Translations under genes and position numbers: made by a program
Shown: positions 52,782 to 62,786 of the stretch, one piece after another
Position numbering within the stretch: position 1 is the first letter of the stretch
How the letters are laid out: each line of letters opens with the position of its first letter
DNA from: Flavipsychrobacter sp.
GTDB lineage: Bacteria > Bacteroidota > Bacteroidia > Chitinophagales > Chitinophagaceae
Reading direction: 5' to 3'
Assembly: GCA_965228505.1 (NCBI GenBank)
Contig: OZ245820.1
Coordinates: 2,681,336-2,745,335 of the forward strand
Length of the DNA: 64,000 nucleotides
The notes under the pieces: generated by a model
What the model was told of the DNA's origin: nothing
Databases searched by the model: none
Seen by the model: only the letters and a program-made list of their open reading frames with translations

Positions 52782-54569
52782 ATGGCGCAACGGATATTTG
52801 ACATTGTAGCAAAAAGAGCGGAAAGCCGCCCTGATTCTGTATTGCTGGCAGCTAAAGAGAATGGCCAATGGCGTGAATATTCCACAAAAGAAGTATGGGA
52901 TACAGCAAAGAAACTATGTGGAGGGCTGGAAGAAACAGGCATTAAGAATCAAATATTAACACCTGAACAGCAGGAAAAGATAGCTATAATATCACCTAAC
53001 AGGCCCGAGTGGATCATAACAGATTTAGGTGTACAAATAAGTGGCGCAGTACTTACTCCACTTTACCCTACTATCAGCCCGGGTGAAATGGAGTATATAC
53101 TGAAAGAATCTGAAGTAAGAATAGTATTTATTGCTAACCAGGAGCTATATGATCGGTTCAAGCCTGCTTTTGACAATTGCCCTGATGTAAAGTATATCTA
53201 CTCGTTTGACAAAGTAAATGGAGCTGAACACTGGACAACGATAATTGATAAGAATGCAGATCCTGACCAAAATGTAATAGATAAAATAGATGAAAGTACG
53301 TTAGCTACTATCATATACACTTCGGGCACTACCGGCAACCCTAAAGGTGTAATGCTCAGTCATAAAAACATAGTCAGCAATGTAAATGACTCTATGCCTG
53401 CCTTTTCTTTTGCTGAGGTAGATGCTAAAACACTTAGTTTCCTTCCTCTCAACCATATTTTTGAACGTACCGTAACATACATATACATTGATGCGGGCTT
53501 ACGTATATACTATGCAGAAAGTATGGAAACTATAGGCGATAATTTGAGAGAAGTAAAGCCACTCGTCTTCACAACAGTTCCCAGACTATTGGAAAAAGTA
53601 TATGAAAAAATACTTGGTAAAGGGTTAGACCTAAAAGGCATAAAAAGAATGCTATTCTTCTGGGCATTGCGTTTAGGGTTTAGATATGATAATATTAATC
53701 AGGGCAATTGGTGGTACCGCTTTCAACTCAATTTAGCCAACAAGCTTATTTTCAGTAAGTGGAGAGAAGCCTTGGGCAATAATATTAAAGCTATAGTTAC
53801 AGGTTCAGCACCATGCCAGCCCAGGCTGATCAGGGTCTTTACAGCAGCACGTATCATCATCATGGAAGGCTATGGACTAACTGAAACATCACCCGTAATA
53901 TCAGTGAACAGGTTTGAGAGCGAGAACAGGCGTATAGGTTCAATAGGGACACTCATAGATAATGTGGAAGTAAAAATTGCGGATGATGGCGAGATCATGT
54001 GTAAAGGTGATAACATCATGATGGGATATTATAAACACCCGGAAATGACGGCAGATGTAATGACAGCAGATGGATGGTTCAAAACAGGTGACATCGGCGA
54101 ATGGGTAGAAGGACGTTTCCTTAAGATCACTGACAGGAAAAAAGAAATATTTAAAACTTCGGGTGGTAAATATGTTGCTCCACAGGTGATAGAAAACAAA
54201 TTGAAGGAAAGCATTTTTATTGAGCAGATAATGGCATTGGGAGCCGGCAAAAAGTTTGTTAGCGCATTGATAGTACCTGCCTTTGATCACATACGCAATA
54301 ACCTGAAAGAAAAAGGTATAAACGCTCCGGCCAGTAATGAAGAACTAGTCAAAATGCCTGAAGTAATTGACATCATTCAGAAGCAAATTGATAAATACAA
54401 TCCACAGTTCAGTCAACCTGAACAGGTAAAGAAATTTGTGTTGTTGCCTAATGAGTGGACAATTGATACAAAAGAGCTCACACCATCACTTAAGATCAAA
54501 AGGAAAATAATACTGGAAAAATTCAACAAAGAAGTTGATAGTATATATGTTGATGGTACTATGTACTAA
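52782..54569 (+). CDS. long-chain fatty acid--CoA ligase (AMP-binding family)
   Basis: 595 aa with AMP-binding motif IIYTSGTTGNPKGV and later GYGLTETS and TGDIG motifs. Confidence 0.85.
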   Translation: MAQRIFDIVAKRAESRPDSVLLAAKENGQWREYSTKEVWDTAKKLCGGLEETGIKNQILTPEQQEKIAIISPNRPEWIITDLGVQISGAVLTPLYPTISPGEMEYILKESEVRIVFIANQELYDRFKPAFDNCPDVKYIYSFDKVNGAEHWTTIIDKNADPDQNVIDKIDESTLATIIYTSGTTGNPKGVMLSHKNIVSNVNDSMPAFSFAEVDAKTLSFLPLNHIFERTVTYIYIDAGLRIYYAESMETIGDNLREVKPLVFTTVPRLLEKVYEKILGKGLDLKGIKRMLFFWALRLGFRYDNINQGNWWYRFQLNLANKLIFSKWREALGNNIKAIVTGSAPCQPRLIRVFTAARIIIMEGYGLTETSPVISVNRFESENRRIGSIGTLIDNVEVKIADDGEIMCKGDNIMMGYYKHPEMTADVMTADGWFKTGDIGEWVEGRFLKITDRKKEIFKTSGGKYVAPQVIENKLKESIFIEQIMALGAGKKFVSALIVPAFDHIRNNLKEKGINAPASNEELVKMPEVIDIIQKQIDKYNPQFSQPEQVKKFVLLPNEWTIDTKELTPSLKIKRKIILEKFNKEVDSIYVDGTMY

Positions 54570-55144
54570 AACTCTATCCCCAGATTATTCTTGAATATCT
54601 TAATGGCAATAGCCAGAAGAATCACACCAAAAAACTTACGAACCACTGTTATCCCTGATGGCCCCAGCAGTCTTTCTACCAACCTCAAAGACCTGAGGAT
54701 AATAAAAATAACTATAAGATTGATCGTTATAGCGATCAAAATATTAAATGAATGATATGTTGCCTTTAAAGACATGATAGTTGTCAATGTGCCGGAACCT
54801 GCAATTAATGGAAAGGCAATAGGCACAATGCTGCCGGATTTTGAATCCTGCTCCCCTTTGAAGAACTCTACACCCAACACCATTTCTAACCCGAGTATGA
54901 AGATCACTATAGAGCCTGCAATGGCAAATGAGCTGATATCTAACCCTAATAACTCCAGGAACTTGTCTCCTATAAAAAAGAACCCGAACATCAGCAGTGC
55001 AGAAACCAATGTAGCCTGCACAGAGCTAATATCTCCCATCTTCTTCTTCAACGACAGCAATACAGGCACAGAGCCAAGCATATCTATTACTGCAAAGAGC
55101 GTAAGTGAAGTAGTTATTATTTCTGCTAATGATATATTCTCCAA
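54566..55144 (-). CDS. MarC family (UPF0056) integral membrane protein
   Basis: 192 aa with six predicted TMs and the family-typical FAVIDMLGSVPV N-terminus. Confidence 0.75.
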   Translation of the reverse strand: MENISLAEIITTSLTLFAVIDMLGSVPVLLSLKKKMGDISSVQATLVSALLMFGFFFIGDKFLELLGLDISSFAIAGSIVIFILGLEMVLGVEFFKGEQDSKSGSIVPIAFPLIAGSGTLTTIMSLKATYHSFNILIAITINLIVIFIILRSLRLVERLLGPSGITVVRKFFGVILLAIAIKIFKNNLGIEF

Positions 55145-55234
55145 AGCGTAATTTGATGCAAAAATACATTTGTTTTGTCTGGTTTTCAGATAGGTTGTAG
55201 AATACCTATTTTTACACCCTCAAAAAAGATAGAC

Positions 55235-56482
55235 ATGGCGATAGATAATTATAATCATAGCGCAGCAGAAAGGCTGATGCGGTATGTGCAGATAGATACT
55301 CAAAGCGACCCTAACTCCGATTCTCAACCATCTACTGAAAAGCAGAAAGACCTGAGCAGGTTATTGGTTGAGGAATTAAAAGGCATGGGCATTGATGATG
55401 CGGAACTTGATGAGCATGGATATGTTTATGCTACAATACCTGCAACAACAGACAAAGAAGTACCTGTAATTTGCTATTGCGCCCATGTTGATACCGCGCC
55501 TGACGTGAGCGGTAAAGGAGTAAAACCAAGGTTACACAAAAATTATGATGGCGGAGACATTACCTTCCCTGATGATAAAAGCGTGATACTTAGCCCTGAC
55601 AACCACCCATACCTAAAGGAGCGTGTTGGTGACGATATAATAACCGCATCAGGCAGTACACTACTTGGTGCAGATGATAAAGCCGGAGTAGCCATTATCA
55701 TGGATCTTGCAAAGTACCTTATTGATAACCCTCAGATAGAACATGGTACAATACGCATCCTGTTCACACCAGACGAGGAGATAGGGCGTGGTGTTAATGC
55801 AGTTGATATGGAGAAGTTGGGTGCTCAGTTCGGCTATACATTAGACGGAGGTACTCGTGGCGATCTTGAAGGCGAATCATTTTCTGCTGATGGCGTGACC
55901 ATACACTTTAATGGGATCAGTGCACACCCCGGCTATGCAAAAGACAAACTGGTAAGCGCTATCAAAGTAGCCTCTACCTTTATGGATAAGCTGCCTAAAA
56001 ATGAGTGGAGCCCGGAAACAACCGAAGGCAGGGACGGTTATGTGCATGCAGTAAGCATAGAAGGCCTGATAGAAAAGACAACACTTGAATTTATCATACG
56101 TGACTTTGAAACATCTAATTTAGCAGAGCATGAAGAGCGATTGAAGAAAATAGCAGAAGAAGCTGTTGCTGAATACCCCGGTGCTACTATGGAATTTATA
56201 GTAAAGCAGCAATACCGCAACATGAAAGAAATGCTAGACCCTAACCCTGAAGTGATGAATAATGCAGAAGAAGCATATAAAAGAGCGGGTCTTACTGTAA
56301 CACGTAAGAGTATAAGAGGTGGAACAGATGGCTCAAGACTATCATTTATGGGTATGCCATGCCCCAATATTTTCACAGGAGAAATGGCCATACATTCTAA
56401 ACAAGAATACGTGAGTGTTCAAGACATGGAAAAATCAGTAGAAGTATTAGTACACCTGGCACAGATATGGGCAGGTAAATAA
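55235..56482 (+). CDS. pepT: peptidase T (tripeptide aminopeptidase, M20B)
   Basis: RLMRYVQIDTQSDP..., AHVDTAPD, GADDKAG, FTPDEEIGRG. The track start 55175 is TTG, and ATG 55235 (MAIDNYN) is likely. Confidence 0.9.
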   Translation: MAIDNYNHSAAERLMRYVQIDTQSDPNSDSQPSTEKQKDLSRLLVEELKGMGIDDAELDEHGYVYATIPATTDKEVPVICYCAHVDTAPDVSGKGVKPRLHKNYDGGDITFPDDKSVILSPDNHPYLKERVGDDIITASGSTLLGADDKAGVAIIMDLAKYLIDNPQIEHGTIRILFTPDEEIGRGVNAVDMEKLGAQFGYTLDGGTRGDLEGESFSADGVTIHFNGISAHPGYAKDKLVSAIKVASTFMDKLPKNEWSPETTEGRDGYVHAVSIEGLIEKTTLEFIIRDFETSNLAEHEERLKKIAEEAVAEYPGATMEFIVKQQYRNMKEMLDPNPEVMNNAEEAYKRAGLTVTRKSIRGGTDGSRLSFMGMPCPNIFTGEMAIHSKQEYVSVQDMEKSVEVLVHLAQIWAGK

Positions 56483-56502
56483 TTTTATACAATAAATAAA
56501 AG

Positions 56503-57009
56503 ATGAATAAGCAACTAAAAACAATACTATTAACAGTACTCACACTATCAGTTTTCGCCATTGCATTGGTAGAACTAAGTGGAGTAAGCAGCACTGCACT
56601 ATTCAATAAATATGGCATTGGCGAAGGAGGCAGTCATGTTCATCATGATGAGTCAGAAATAGAGATGAGAGAAAAAAAGGCAAATGAAATGCCTAAAACC
56701 AACATCAGCTTTGACGACACTAAGCATGATTTCGGTACCATAACTGAAGGTGAAAAAGTTCGCCATGCCTATCACTTCAAGAACACAGGAGACAATCCGC
56801 TTTTCATCACCAAAGCTGTCGCCTCATGTGGATGTACTGTCCCTTCATACCCTAAAGAACCGATACCACCGGGCGGCGAAGGTGAAATAGTAGTTGAATT
56901 CAACAGCCAAAACCGTGTAGGACACCAGCAAAAAAATGTATTAGTATACAGCAACGCACAGGAATCGTCTATGTCCATTGGTTTTACCGCCGAAGTAGTT
57001 GAAAAATGA
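56503..57009 (+). CDS. DUF1573 domain-containing protein
   Basis: 168 aa with an anchor/signal and the characteristic F.F.N.G..PL.I......CGCT.P pattern (HFKNTGDNPLFITKAVASCGCTVP). Confidence 0.75.
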   Translation: MNKQLKTILLTVLTLSVFAIALVELSGVSSTALFNKYGIGEGGSHVHHDESEIEMREKKANEMPKTNISFDDTKHDFGTITEGEKVRHAYHFKNTGDNPLFITKAVASCGCTVPSYPKEPIPPGGEGEIVVEFNSQNRVGHQQKNVLVYSNAQESSMSIGFTAEVVEK

Positions 57010-57887
57010 GCACAACAGAATTGACATTCATACAACGCATACAACAATACTTATCGCTGATAAAGTTCAGCCATACTGTTTTTGCATTACCCTTTGCATT
57101 GATAGGATTTTCTCTTGCTGTTATTTACGAACAGCAGAACTTTGAATGGCACTTATTGATAAAGATGCTCCTATGTATGGTCTTTGCCCGCTCTGCTGCA
57201 ATGGCATTCAATCGCTACCTTGACAGGAATATAGATGCACTGAACCCCAGAACAGCCAAACGAGAAATACCGGCAGGTGACATAAAAGCTAATAATGCAC
57301 TCTTCTTTGTCATAGCCAACTGTGTCTTGTTTATCGTTACCTGTTACTTTATCAATACCCTTGTTTTTTATTTATCCTTTGTAGCACTATTTGTAGTACT
57401 GTTCTATAGCTATACAAAGCGATTCACTGCTTTATGCCATTTGGTATTGGGGTTAGGCTTGTCGCTAGCTCCTATTGGGGCATATCTGGCAGTAACAGGC
57501 TATTTTTCATGGGTACCGTTACTCTTTTCAATAATAGTGTTAACATGGGTGTCCGGCTTTGATATTATATATTCATTGCAGGATGAGGGTTTTGATAAGG
57601 AGCATAAACTACACTCAATACCCGCAGCGCTTGGTATCAAAGGAGCATTATTTGTCTCTTTGATGCTTCATGCCATTACAACATCGCTGATCATCACTAC
57701 GGGATATATGGCTTCATTCAACTGGATATATTGGATAGGTGCCGCAATTTTTATAGGACTACTCATATACCAGCACAGACTTGTAAAGCCTGATGACCTC
57801 AGCAAGGTCAATATAGCATTTATGACAACAAACGGCATTGGCAGCATCGTATTTGCCGTATTTACTATACTTTCTTTATTTTTCTGA
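57006..57887 (+). CDS. UbiA-family aromatic polyprenyltransferase
   Basis: 293 aa polytopic protein with Asp-rich motif NRYLDRNIDALNPRT and a second motif DIIYSLQDEGFD. It overlaps the upstream gene by 4 nt. Confidence 0.8.
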   Translation: MSTTELTFIQRIQQYLSLIKFSHTVFALPFALIGFSLAVIYEQQNFEWHLLIKMLLCMVFARSAAMAFNRYLDRNIDALNPRTAKREIPAGDIKANNALFFVIANCVLFIVTCYFINTLVFYLSFVALFVVLFYSYTKRFTALCHLVLGLGLSLAPIGAYLAVTGYFSWVPLLFSIIVLTWVSGFDIIYSLQDEGFDKEHKLHSIPAALGIKGALFVSLMLHAITTSLIITTGYMASFNWIYWIGAAIFIGLLIYQHRLVKPDDLSKVNIAFMTTNGIGSIVFAVFTILSLFF

Positions 57888-57889
57888 AT

Positions 57890-58609
57890 ATGAACATCGC
57901 GATAATAGGCTACGGTAAAATGGGTAAAACCATTGAAAAAATTGCTATTGAAAGAGGGCATGAAATAGTGCTGAAAATTAGCTCATCGAATGCTGAAGAC
58001 CTGAATACTGAAAACATCAAAAAAGCAGATGTAGTTATTGAGATGACCCAACCTGAAGCGGCAAAAAACAATATTCTTTTTTGCCTGAACAACGGTGTTC
58101 CTGTAACAAGCGGGACTACAGGCTGGAATGCTGATATACCAATGGCAGAGCAGGCAGCTAAAGATAATGATACTGCATTCTTATATGCTTCTAATTATAG
58201 TGTTGGTGTCAACATCTTCTTTGAAGTGAACAAGCTACTCGCAAGACTGATGAATGAGCAGACAAACTATGAGGTGAGCATGACGGAAATACACCACACT
58301 CAGAAAAAAGACTCACCCAGCGGTACAGCCATTACATTAGCAGACCAGATACTTGATGCCATAGCAAGAAAAAACAAATGGAGCGAAGAAGAAAAAGCAG
58401 ATAATATACTACACATTACAGCTCTGCGTGAAGAAGGTGTTTTCGGTACACACAGCATAAAATATCATTCTGAAATTGATGATATTGATATTACACACAC
58501 TGCCAACAATAGAAATGGCTTTGCATTAGGCGCGGTGTTAGCAGCGGAATACATAGCTGATAAAAAGGGCGCCTTTTCTATGCAAGATGTATTGGGAATA
58601 AATAAATAG
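57890..58609 (+). CDS. dapB: 4-hydroxy-tetrahydrodipicolinate reductase
   Basis: 239 aa with NAD fold MNIAIIGYGKMGK and EIHHTQKKDSPSGTA (E.HH..K.DaPSGTA). Confidence 0.9.
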   Translation: MNIAIIGYGKMGKTIEKIAIERGHEIVLKISSSNAEDLNTENIKKADVVIEMTQPEAAKNNILFCLNNGVPVTSGTTGWNADIPMAEQAAKDNDTAFLYASNYSVGVNIFFEVNKLLARLMNEQTNYEVSMTEIHHTQKKDSPSGTAITLADQILDAIARKNKWSEEEKADNILHITALREEGVFGTHSIKYHSEIDDIDITHTANNRNGFALGAVLAAEYIADKKGAFSMQDVLGINK

Positions 58610-58626
58610 TATCTCTGTTATATAAC

Positions 58627-58651
58627 AAAAGCCCCTCTCAGAGGGGCTTTT
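58627..58651. terminator. bidirectional hairpin terminator between dapB and the DPP-IV gene
   Basis: AAAAGCCCCTC TCA GAGGGGCTTTT. It is the exact reverse complement of 40741-40765. Confidence 0.6.
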
Positions 58652-58653
58652 GT

Positions 58654-60813
58654 TTATTTCAAGTGAGTATCAAAGTAGTCTGTTATTTTCTGCATCAGGT
58701 GTACCCTGTCCTTGCCTCTTACATTATGCGGGTGCGCAGGGTAAACAAAATAATCTATTTGCTTACCTGTCTTTACAGATTCTCTAATCAGTTTCATTGA
58801 ATGCTGCCATACAACTACATCATCCTGAGCCCCGTGAATGAGGAGTAGTTTACCATCCAGATTATCCACTTTCGTTAATAAGTTCGCTTCTTCATACCCT
58901 TCAGGGTTTTGTTCCGGCGTATCCATATATCGTTCGGTATACATTATCTCATACATCTTCCAGTCAATAACAGGGCCTCCGGCTACACCTACTTTAAATA
59001 CACCCGGATGGCGCAACATAAGTGAGGTGGTCATAAACCCACCGAAGCTCCAGCCATGTACACCCATCCTGTCTGCATCTACATACGGCAGGCTTTTTAA
59101 GAATTCCACCCCTTTAAGTTGGTCTTCCATCTCTACCGTTCCTAAATGCCCCCATGTAGCCTGCTCGAAGGCTAAACCACGATTGCTGCTACCACGCCCA
59201 TCCATAGTAAACACAACATAGCCTCGTTGAGCCAAATACTCGTACCACAGATTACCACTGGCAGGGAAACTGTTTCGTATAAGTTGCACATGCGGTCCGT
59301 TATACAAGTATACTATTACCGGGTACTTTTTGTTGGGGCTGAAATCAGTTGGTAATATCAGCCTTCCATATAGGTCAGTACCATCCTCAGCTTTCAGGTT
59401 AATACTTTTTATTTCAGGACGGTCATAATCTTTCAGGGGATCTGCCGCAGTTTTCAATTCCACAGCATACCTGCCATCAATACGTCTCACTAAAGTACGC
59501 TTAGGTACATCTGTATTATTGTACTCATCCAATATATACTCCCCGTTACTATTTATTTCAACACTATGCCAACCTGACTCCATAGTAATTCGCTCCATCT
59601 TCCCGTTCCTCCAGTCAAGACTATAAATATGCTTTTCTAACGGAGATACCTTTGTTGTGCTGATAATTAGTTTTTTGTCTTGCTCGTTAATAGCATCGAT
59701 ACTATTTACTAACCAATCTCCCTTTGTCAGTTGCCTGATAAGTTTCCCTTGTGTGTTATATAGATACAAGTGCATATATCCATCTCGCTGACTCCACCAA
59801 ATAAACTTGTCCTTCTCATTCGGTAGAAATGTTAGGCTATGCTGAGGCTCTACATAATGCTCATAGGTTTCTTCAAAAAGTGTTTTTACAAACGTTCCAG
59901 TTGATGCATCATATTGGTTCAACCATAAATGATCCTGATCGCGATTGAGTACTGCTATGTATATATACCTTTCGTTCGGCCCCCATGTAACACAAGTCAG
60001 ATATTGATCTTTAGGACCTTCTACCTGCATTTTTACGGACTTTCCTGTTTCCGGATTGTAGACCAATAGCTGTACTTCGTGTGATGTTTGCCCAGCCATT
60101 GGGTATTTCACCATCTTGGTTTTTGCAGGTGTTTCAGCCCAATCGACAACGGGATAATCTGCCACCATAGTTTCATCCATTCTGTAATAAGCCAGATAGT
60201 TGCCCTGTGGTGACTGGAATATACCACCTGATATACCAAACTCTACGCGGTGAACAGCCTGTCCGTTGATCACATGTTCATTATCATCGTTTGTTACTTG
60301 TCTGGTAGTTCGATCACGATCTATCATAAATAGATTGTTATCTACAGTATAAGCTACATTCTGAAATTCATCAACAGTAATATTAGCTGCATTCTTTGGC
60401 ACAGAAACCCATTTTGACCATATTACACCACCATCCGAAACAAAACCCTGAACAAGATCAGTCCCGTCTCTCATCCATACAAGTCCACCTGACAACCAGT
60501 GTAAGTATGGTAATGAGTTAAAATCCTGCTCCCTTTTATAGCTCTTATTCAACGCTGACAAGGTAAGTACAGTGTCAATCACCTCAGAAGGAAAGTTGAT
60601 GGATACCCAATATTGCTCTTCTTCAGTTTTTACAACATGGTATAGTTTATTTGTACCCGGCTCCCAACTAGTGCTTTTTAGCCCTTCAGGTGCTAATGTG
60701 GTATATATACCATTTGTGGCCTCTTCAATAGTATATTTTTTATCCTGTGCCTGTACGGTGCATATCGCCAGTAATGACAAAAGCACTGATCCTATTTGCT
60801 TTTTCCCTATCAT
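58654..60813 (-). CDS. S9 family peptidase, dipeptidyl-peptidase IV-like
   Basis: 719 aa with a signal peptide, an N-terminal beta-propeller region and a C-terminal alpha/beta hydrolase with nucleophile motif HGWSFGG. Confidence 0.85.
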   Translation of the reverse strand: MIGKKQIGSVLLSLLAICTVQAQDKKYTIEEATNGIYTTLAPEGLKSTSWEPGTNKLYHVVKTEEEQYWVSINFPSEVIDTVLTLSALNKSYKREQDFNSLPYLHWLSGGLVWMRDGTDLVQGFVSDGGVIWSKWVSVPKNAANITVDEFQNVAYTVDNNLFMIDRDRTTRQVTNDDNEHVINGQAVHRVEFGISGGIFQSPQGNYLAYYRMDETMVADYPVVDWAETPAKTKMVKYPMAGQTSHEVQLLVYNPETGKSVKMQVEGPKDQYLTCVTWGPNERYIYIAVLNRDQDHLWLNQYDASTGTFVKTLFEETYEHYVEPQHSLTFLPNEKDKFIWWSQRDGYMHLYLYNTQGKLIRQLTKGDWLVNSIDAINEQDKKLIISTTKVSPLEKHIYSLDWRNGKMERITMESGWHSVEINSNGEYILDEYNNTDVPKRTLVRRIDGRYAVELKTAADPLKDYDRPEIKSINLKAEDGTDLYGRLILPTDFSPNKKYPVIVYLYNGPHVQLIRNSFPASGNLWYEYLAQRGYVVFTMDGRGSSNRGLAFEQATWGHLGTVEMEDQLKGVEFLKSLPYVDADRMGVHGWSFGGFMTTSLMLRHPGVFKVGVAGGPVIDWKMYEIMYTERYMDTPEQNPEGYEEANLLTKVDNLDGKLLLIHGAQDDVVVWQHSMKLIRESVKTGKQIDYFVYPAHPHNVRGKDRVHLMQKITDYFDTHLK

Positions 60814-60890
60814 GTGTCAACTTTATTGATAATTATTGGTTAAAAATATGCGTTAATTAAAATATATCGCAATTCTTAGTAGGGTATCTT

Positions 60891-61937
60891 ATGAGGTATA
60901 TATGCTTATTCTTGTTCATCATTCTAGCAAAAAGCGTTTTTGCTTTTGATGACAACTTCAATAGTGATGAATGGTGGGCAAGACTACCAATTGAGCATCA
61001 ACCCGTTTATAATAATATTCAAGAAATTGACACCTCTATAATTGTTATTACCAACAGGATATTATTAGCAGATACCAACCGTTACATGAGTGAGTATAAG
61101 GGTAAAGGCGAGCTGCATTATCTATTTGTTTATACATACAAAGGCCAATGGCATGTATTGTTACAAAAAAACCTATCAGATGCTTTGAATAAAACTCCTG
61201 ATTTGAATAACGACTGGGTAATATACACAGAAGGTATGGGCAAAATATTTACGTCAGGAGTAAACAGGGGTATGATGATGTCATCACAATACAATGTGAA
61301 TGTAATGCTCCTTGACTACCCTAGCATTACGACTACAAAAAGTATGATAGGGAATTATTTTTTTGCCATCAAAAATGCCAGGCATGCTTATGAAGATTTT
61401 TATCCGGTTATCAAAAATGTCAAAAGCTTAAAAGAGTCAGGACAGTTTGGAGAAGGGAATCTCAGTCTTTTCTTCCACAGTATGGGTAATTATCTTTTGC
61501 GTGAAATTGCAAAAAGGGAGTTGCTACAATCCATCAACACCACTAAATGGGTAGACAATCTGATTATAAATGCTGCATGTATAGCTGAACAAGATCATGC
61601 TGACTGGTTATCGAATATAAAGTTCGCTGACAACATTTATATTCAATATAATCCCAAAGACAAAGTCTTAAAAGGTGCAGAAATTGCAGCCCTATGCAAA
61701 CAGCTTGGAAGATACCCTCAATACCCGATTGTTACAAAAGCACATTATGTGAACTTCAATGATGTTGCTGGAGAAGGGCACAGCTACTTTCTAAGTATAC
61801 AGGGACGTACAGTGATAACAGATGCAGCCTATCAATACTATAATGTAATTCTACATGGAGAAGAAGTGAATCTTGCAGACTCCAACCACTTCAAAATATC
61901 CGACCATAAACAAATAGGGGTTAGTGCATTGCCCTAA
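60891..61937 (+). CDS. alpha/beta hydrolase (DUF900-like)
   Basis: 348 aa with a signal peptide and nucleophile-elbow-like FFHSMGNYLL. Confidence 0.55.
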   Translation: MRYICLFLFIILAKSVFAFDDNFNSDEWWARLPIEHQPVYNNIQEIDTSIIVITNRILLADTNRYMSEYKGKGELHYLFVYTYKGQWHVLLQKNLSDALNKTPDLNNDWVIYTEGMGKIFTSGVNRGMMMSSQYNVNVMLLDYPSITTTKSMIGNYFFAIKNARHAYEDFYPVIKNVKSLKESGQFGEGNLSLFFHSMGNYLLREIAKRELLQSINTTKWVDNLIINAACIAEQDHADWLSNIKFADNIYIQYNPKDKVLKGAEIAALCKQLGRYPQYPIVTKAHYVNFNDVAGEGHSYFLSIQGRTVITDAAYQYYNVILHGEEVNLADSNHFKISDHKQIGVSALP

Positions 61938-62761
61938 AGAGTATTAACAACAGCTTTCAGCTTTGTTAATTTTTGCATTAAGTCATCTAACCGATCCAGA
62001 TGTAACATATTGGCCCCATCTGATTTTGCTGTGGATGGGTCCGGGTGTGTTTCTATGAAAAGACCATCTGCACCTGCGGCTATACCTGCGCGGGCAATTG
62101 TTTCTATCATTTCAGGGTTACCACCAGTTACACCACTGGTTTGATTTGGTTGTTGTAACGAGTGTGTGCAATCTAATACTACCGGAACATTGAAAGATCG
62201 CATTGTAGGTATAGCTCTGTAATCTACTATAAGGTCTTGGTAGCCGAATGTTGTACCACGCTCAGTGAGCATTACTTGTTCGTTACCGCTTTCAATTATT
62301 TTATCTACAGCAAATTTCATTGCCTCAGCACTAAGGAACTGTCCTTTCTTCACGTTGACAACTTTGTCTGTTTTTGCAGCAGCTACCAAGATATCTGTTT
62401 GCCTGCAAAGGAATGCAGGAATTTGAAGTACATCTACGTACTCTGCCGCGATTGCAGCTTCTTCAGCAGTATGTATATCAGTTACAACGGGCACATCGAA
62501 TTCTGCCTTTACTTTCGCTAATATCTTTAAACCTTCTTCATCACCAATACCTGTAAAACTATCCAGCCTAGTCCTGTTTGCTTTTCTGTAAGATGCTTTA
62601 AATACTAATGGAATATCATGTTTTCGGCATACAGACAATATCTTCTCAGCGGTTTTCATAACAACCTCTTCACCCTCTACTACACATGGGCCTGCCAGTA
62701 AAAAGAAATTGTCTTTAGTGTATGAGCTTCCGAAAAATGCCTGTAAATATTCCTGATTCAT
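61934..62761 (-). CDS. kdsA: 3-deoxy-8-phosphooctulonate (KDO-8-P) synthase
   Basis: 275 aa with ...FKASYRKANRT..., DVLQIPAFLCRQTD and DCTHSLQ motifs. Confidence 0.9.
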   Translation of the reverse strand: MNQEYLQAFFGSSYTKDNFFLLAGPCVVEGEEVVMKTAEKILSVCRKHDIPLVFKASYRKANRTRLDSFTGIGDEEGLKILAKVKAEFDVPVVTDIHTAEEAAIAAEYVDVLQIPAFLCRQTDILVAAAKTDKVVNVKKGQFLSAEAMKFAVDKIIESGNEQVMLTERGTTFGYQDLIVDYRAIPTMRSFNVPVVLDCTHSLQQPNQTSGVTGGNPEMIETIARAGIAAGADGLFIETHPDPSTAKSDGANMLHLDRLDDLMQKLTKLKAVVNTL

Positions 62762-62786
62762 TCGGTAAAAATAAACTTTCTGATAT

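Noticed and set aside
54566-54569. Convergent gene pairs with overlapping or abutting stop codons (54566-54569, 61934-61937, 25983/25984): a possible annotation artefact or unusual regulation?
   Set aside because: All the partners have full-length family-typical C-termini. Tight convergent packing is common in compact bacterial genomes, so no further signal is evident.
40741-58651. A 25-nt sequence AAAAGCCCCTCTGAGAGGGGCTTTT (40741-40765) has its exact reverse complement at 58627-58651.
   Set aside because: Both are simple near-palindromic bidirectional terminators between convergent genes. Because the sequence is almost self-complementary, only the 3-nt loop distinguishes the orientations. 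This is most likely a recurrent terminator type and not a mobile-element boundary, and nothing between the copies supports an 18-kb element.
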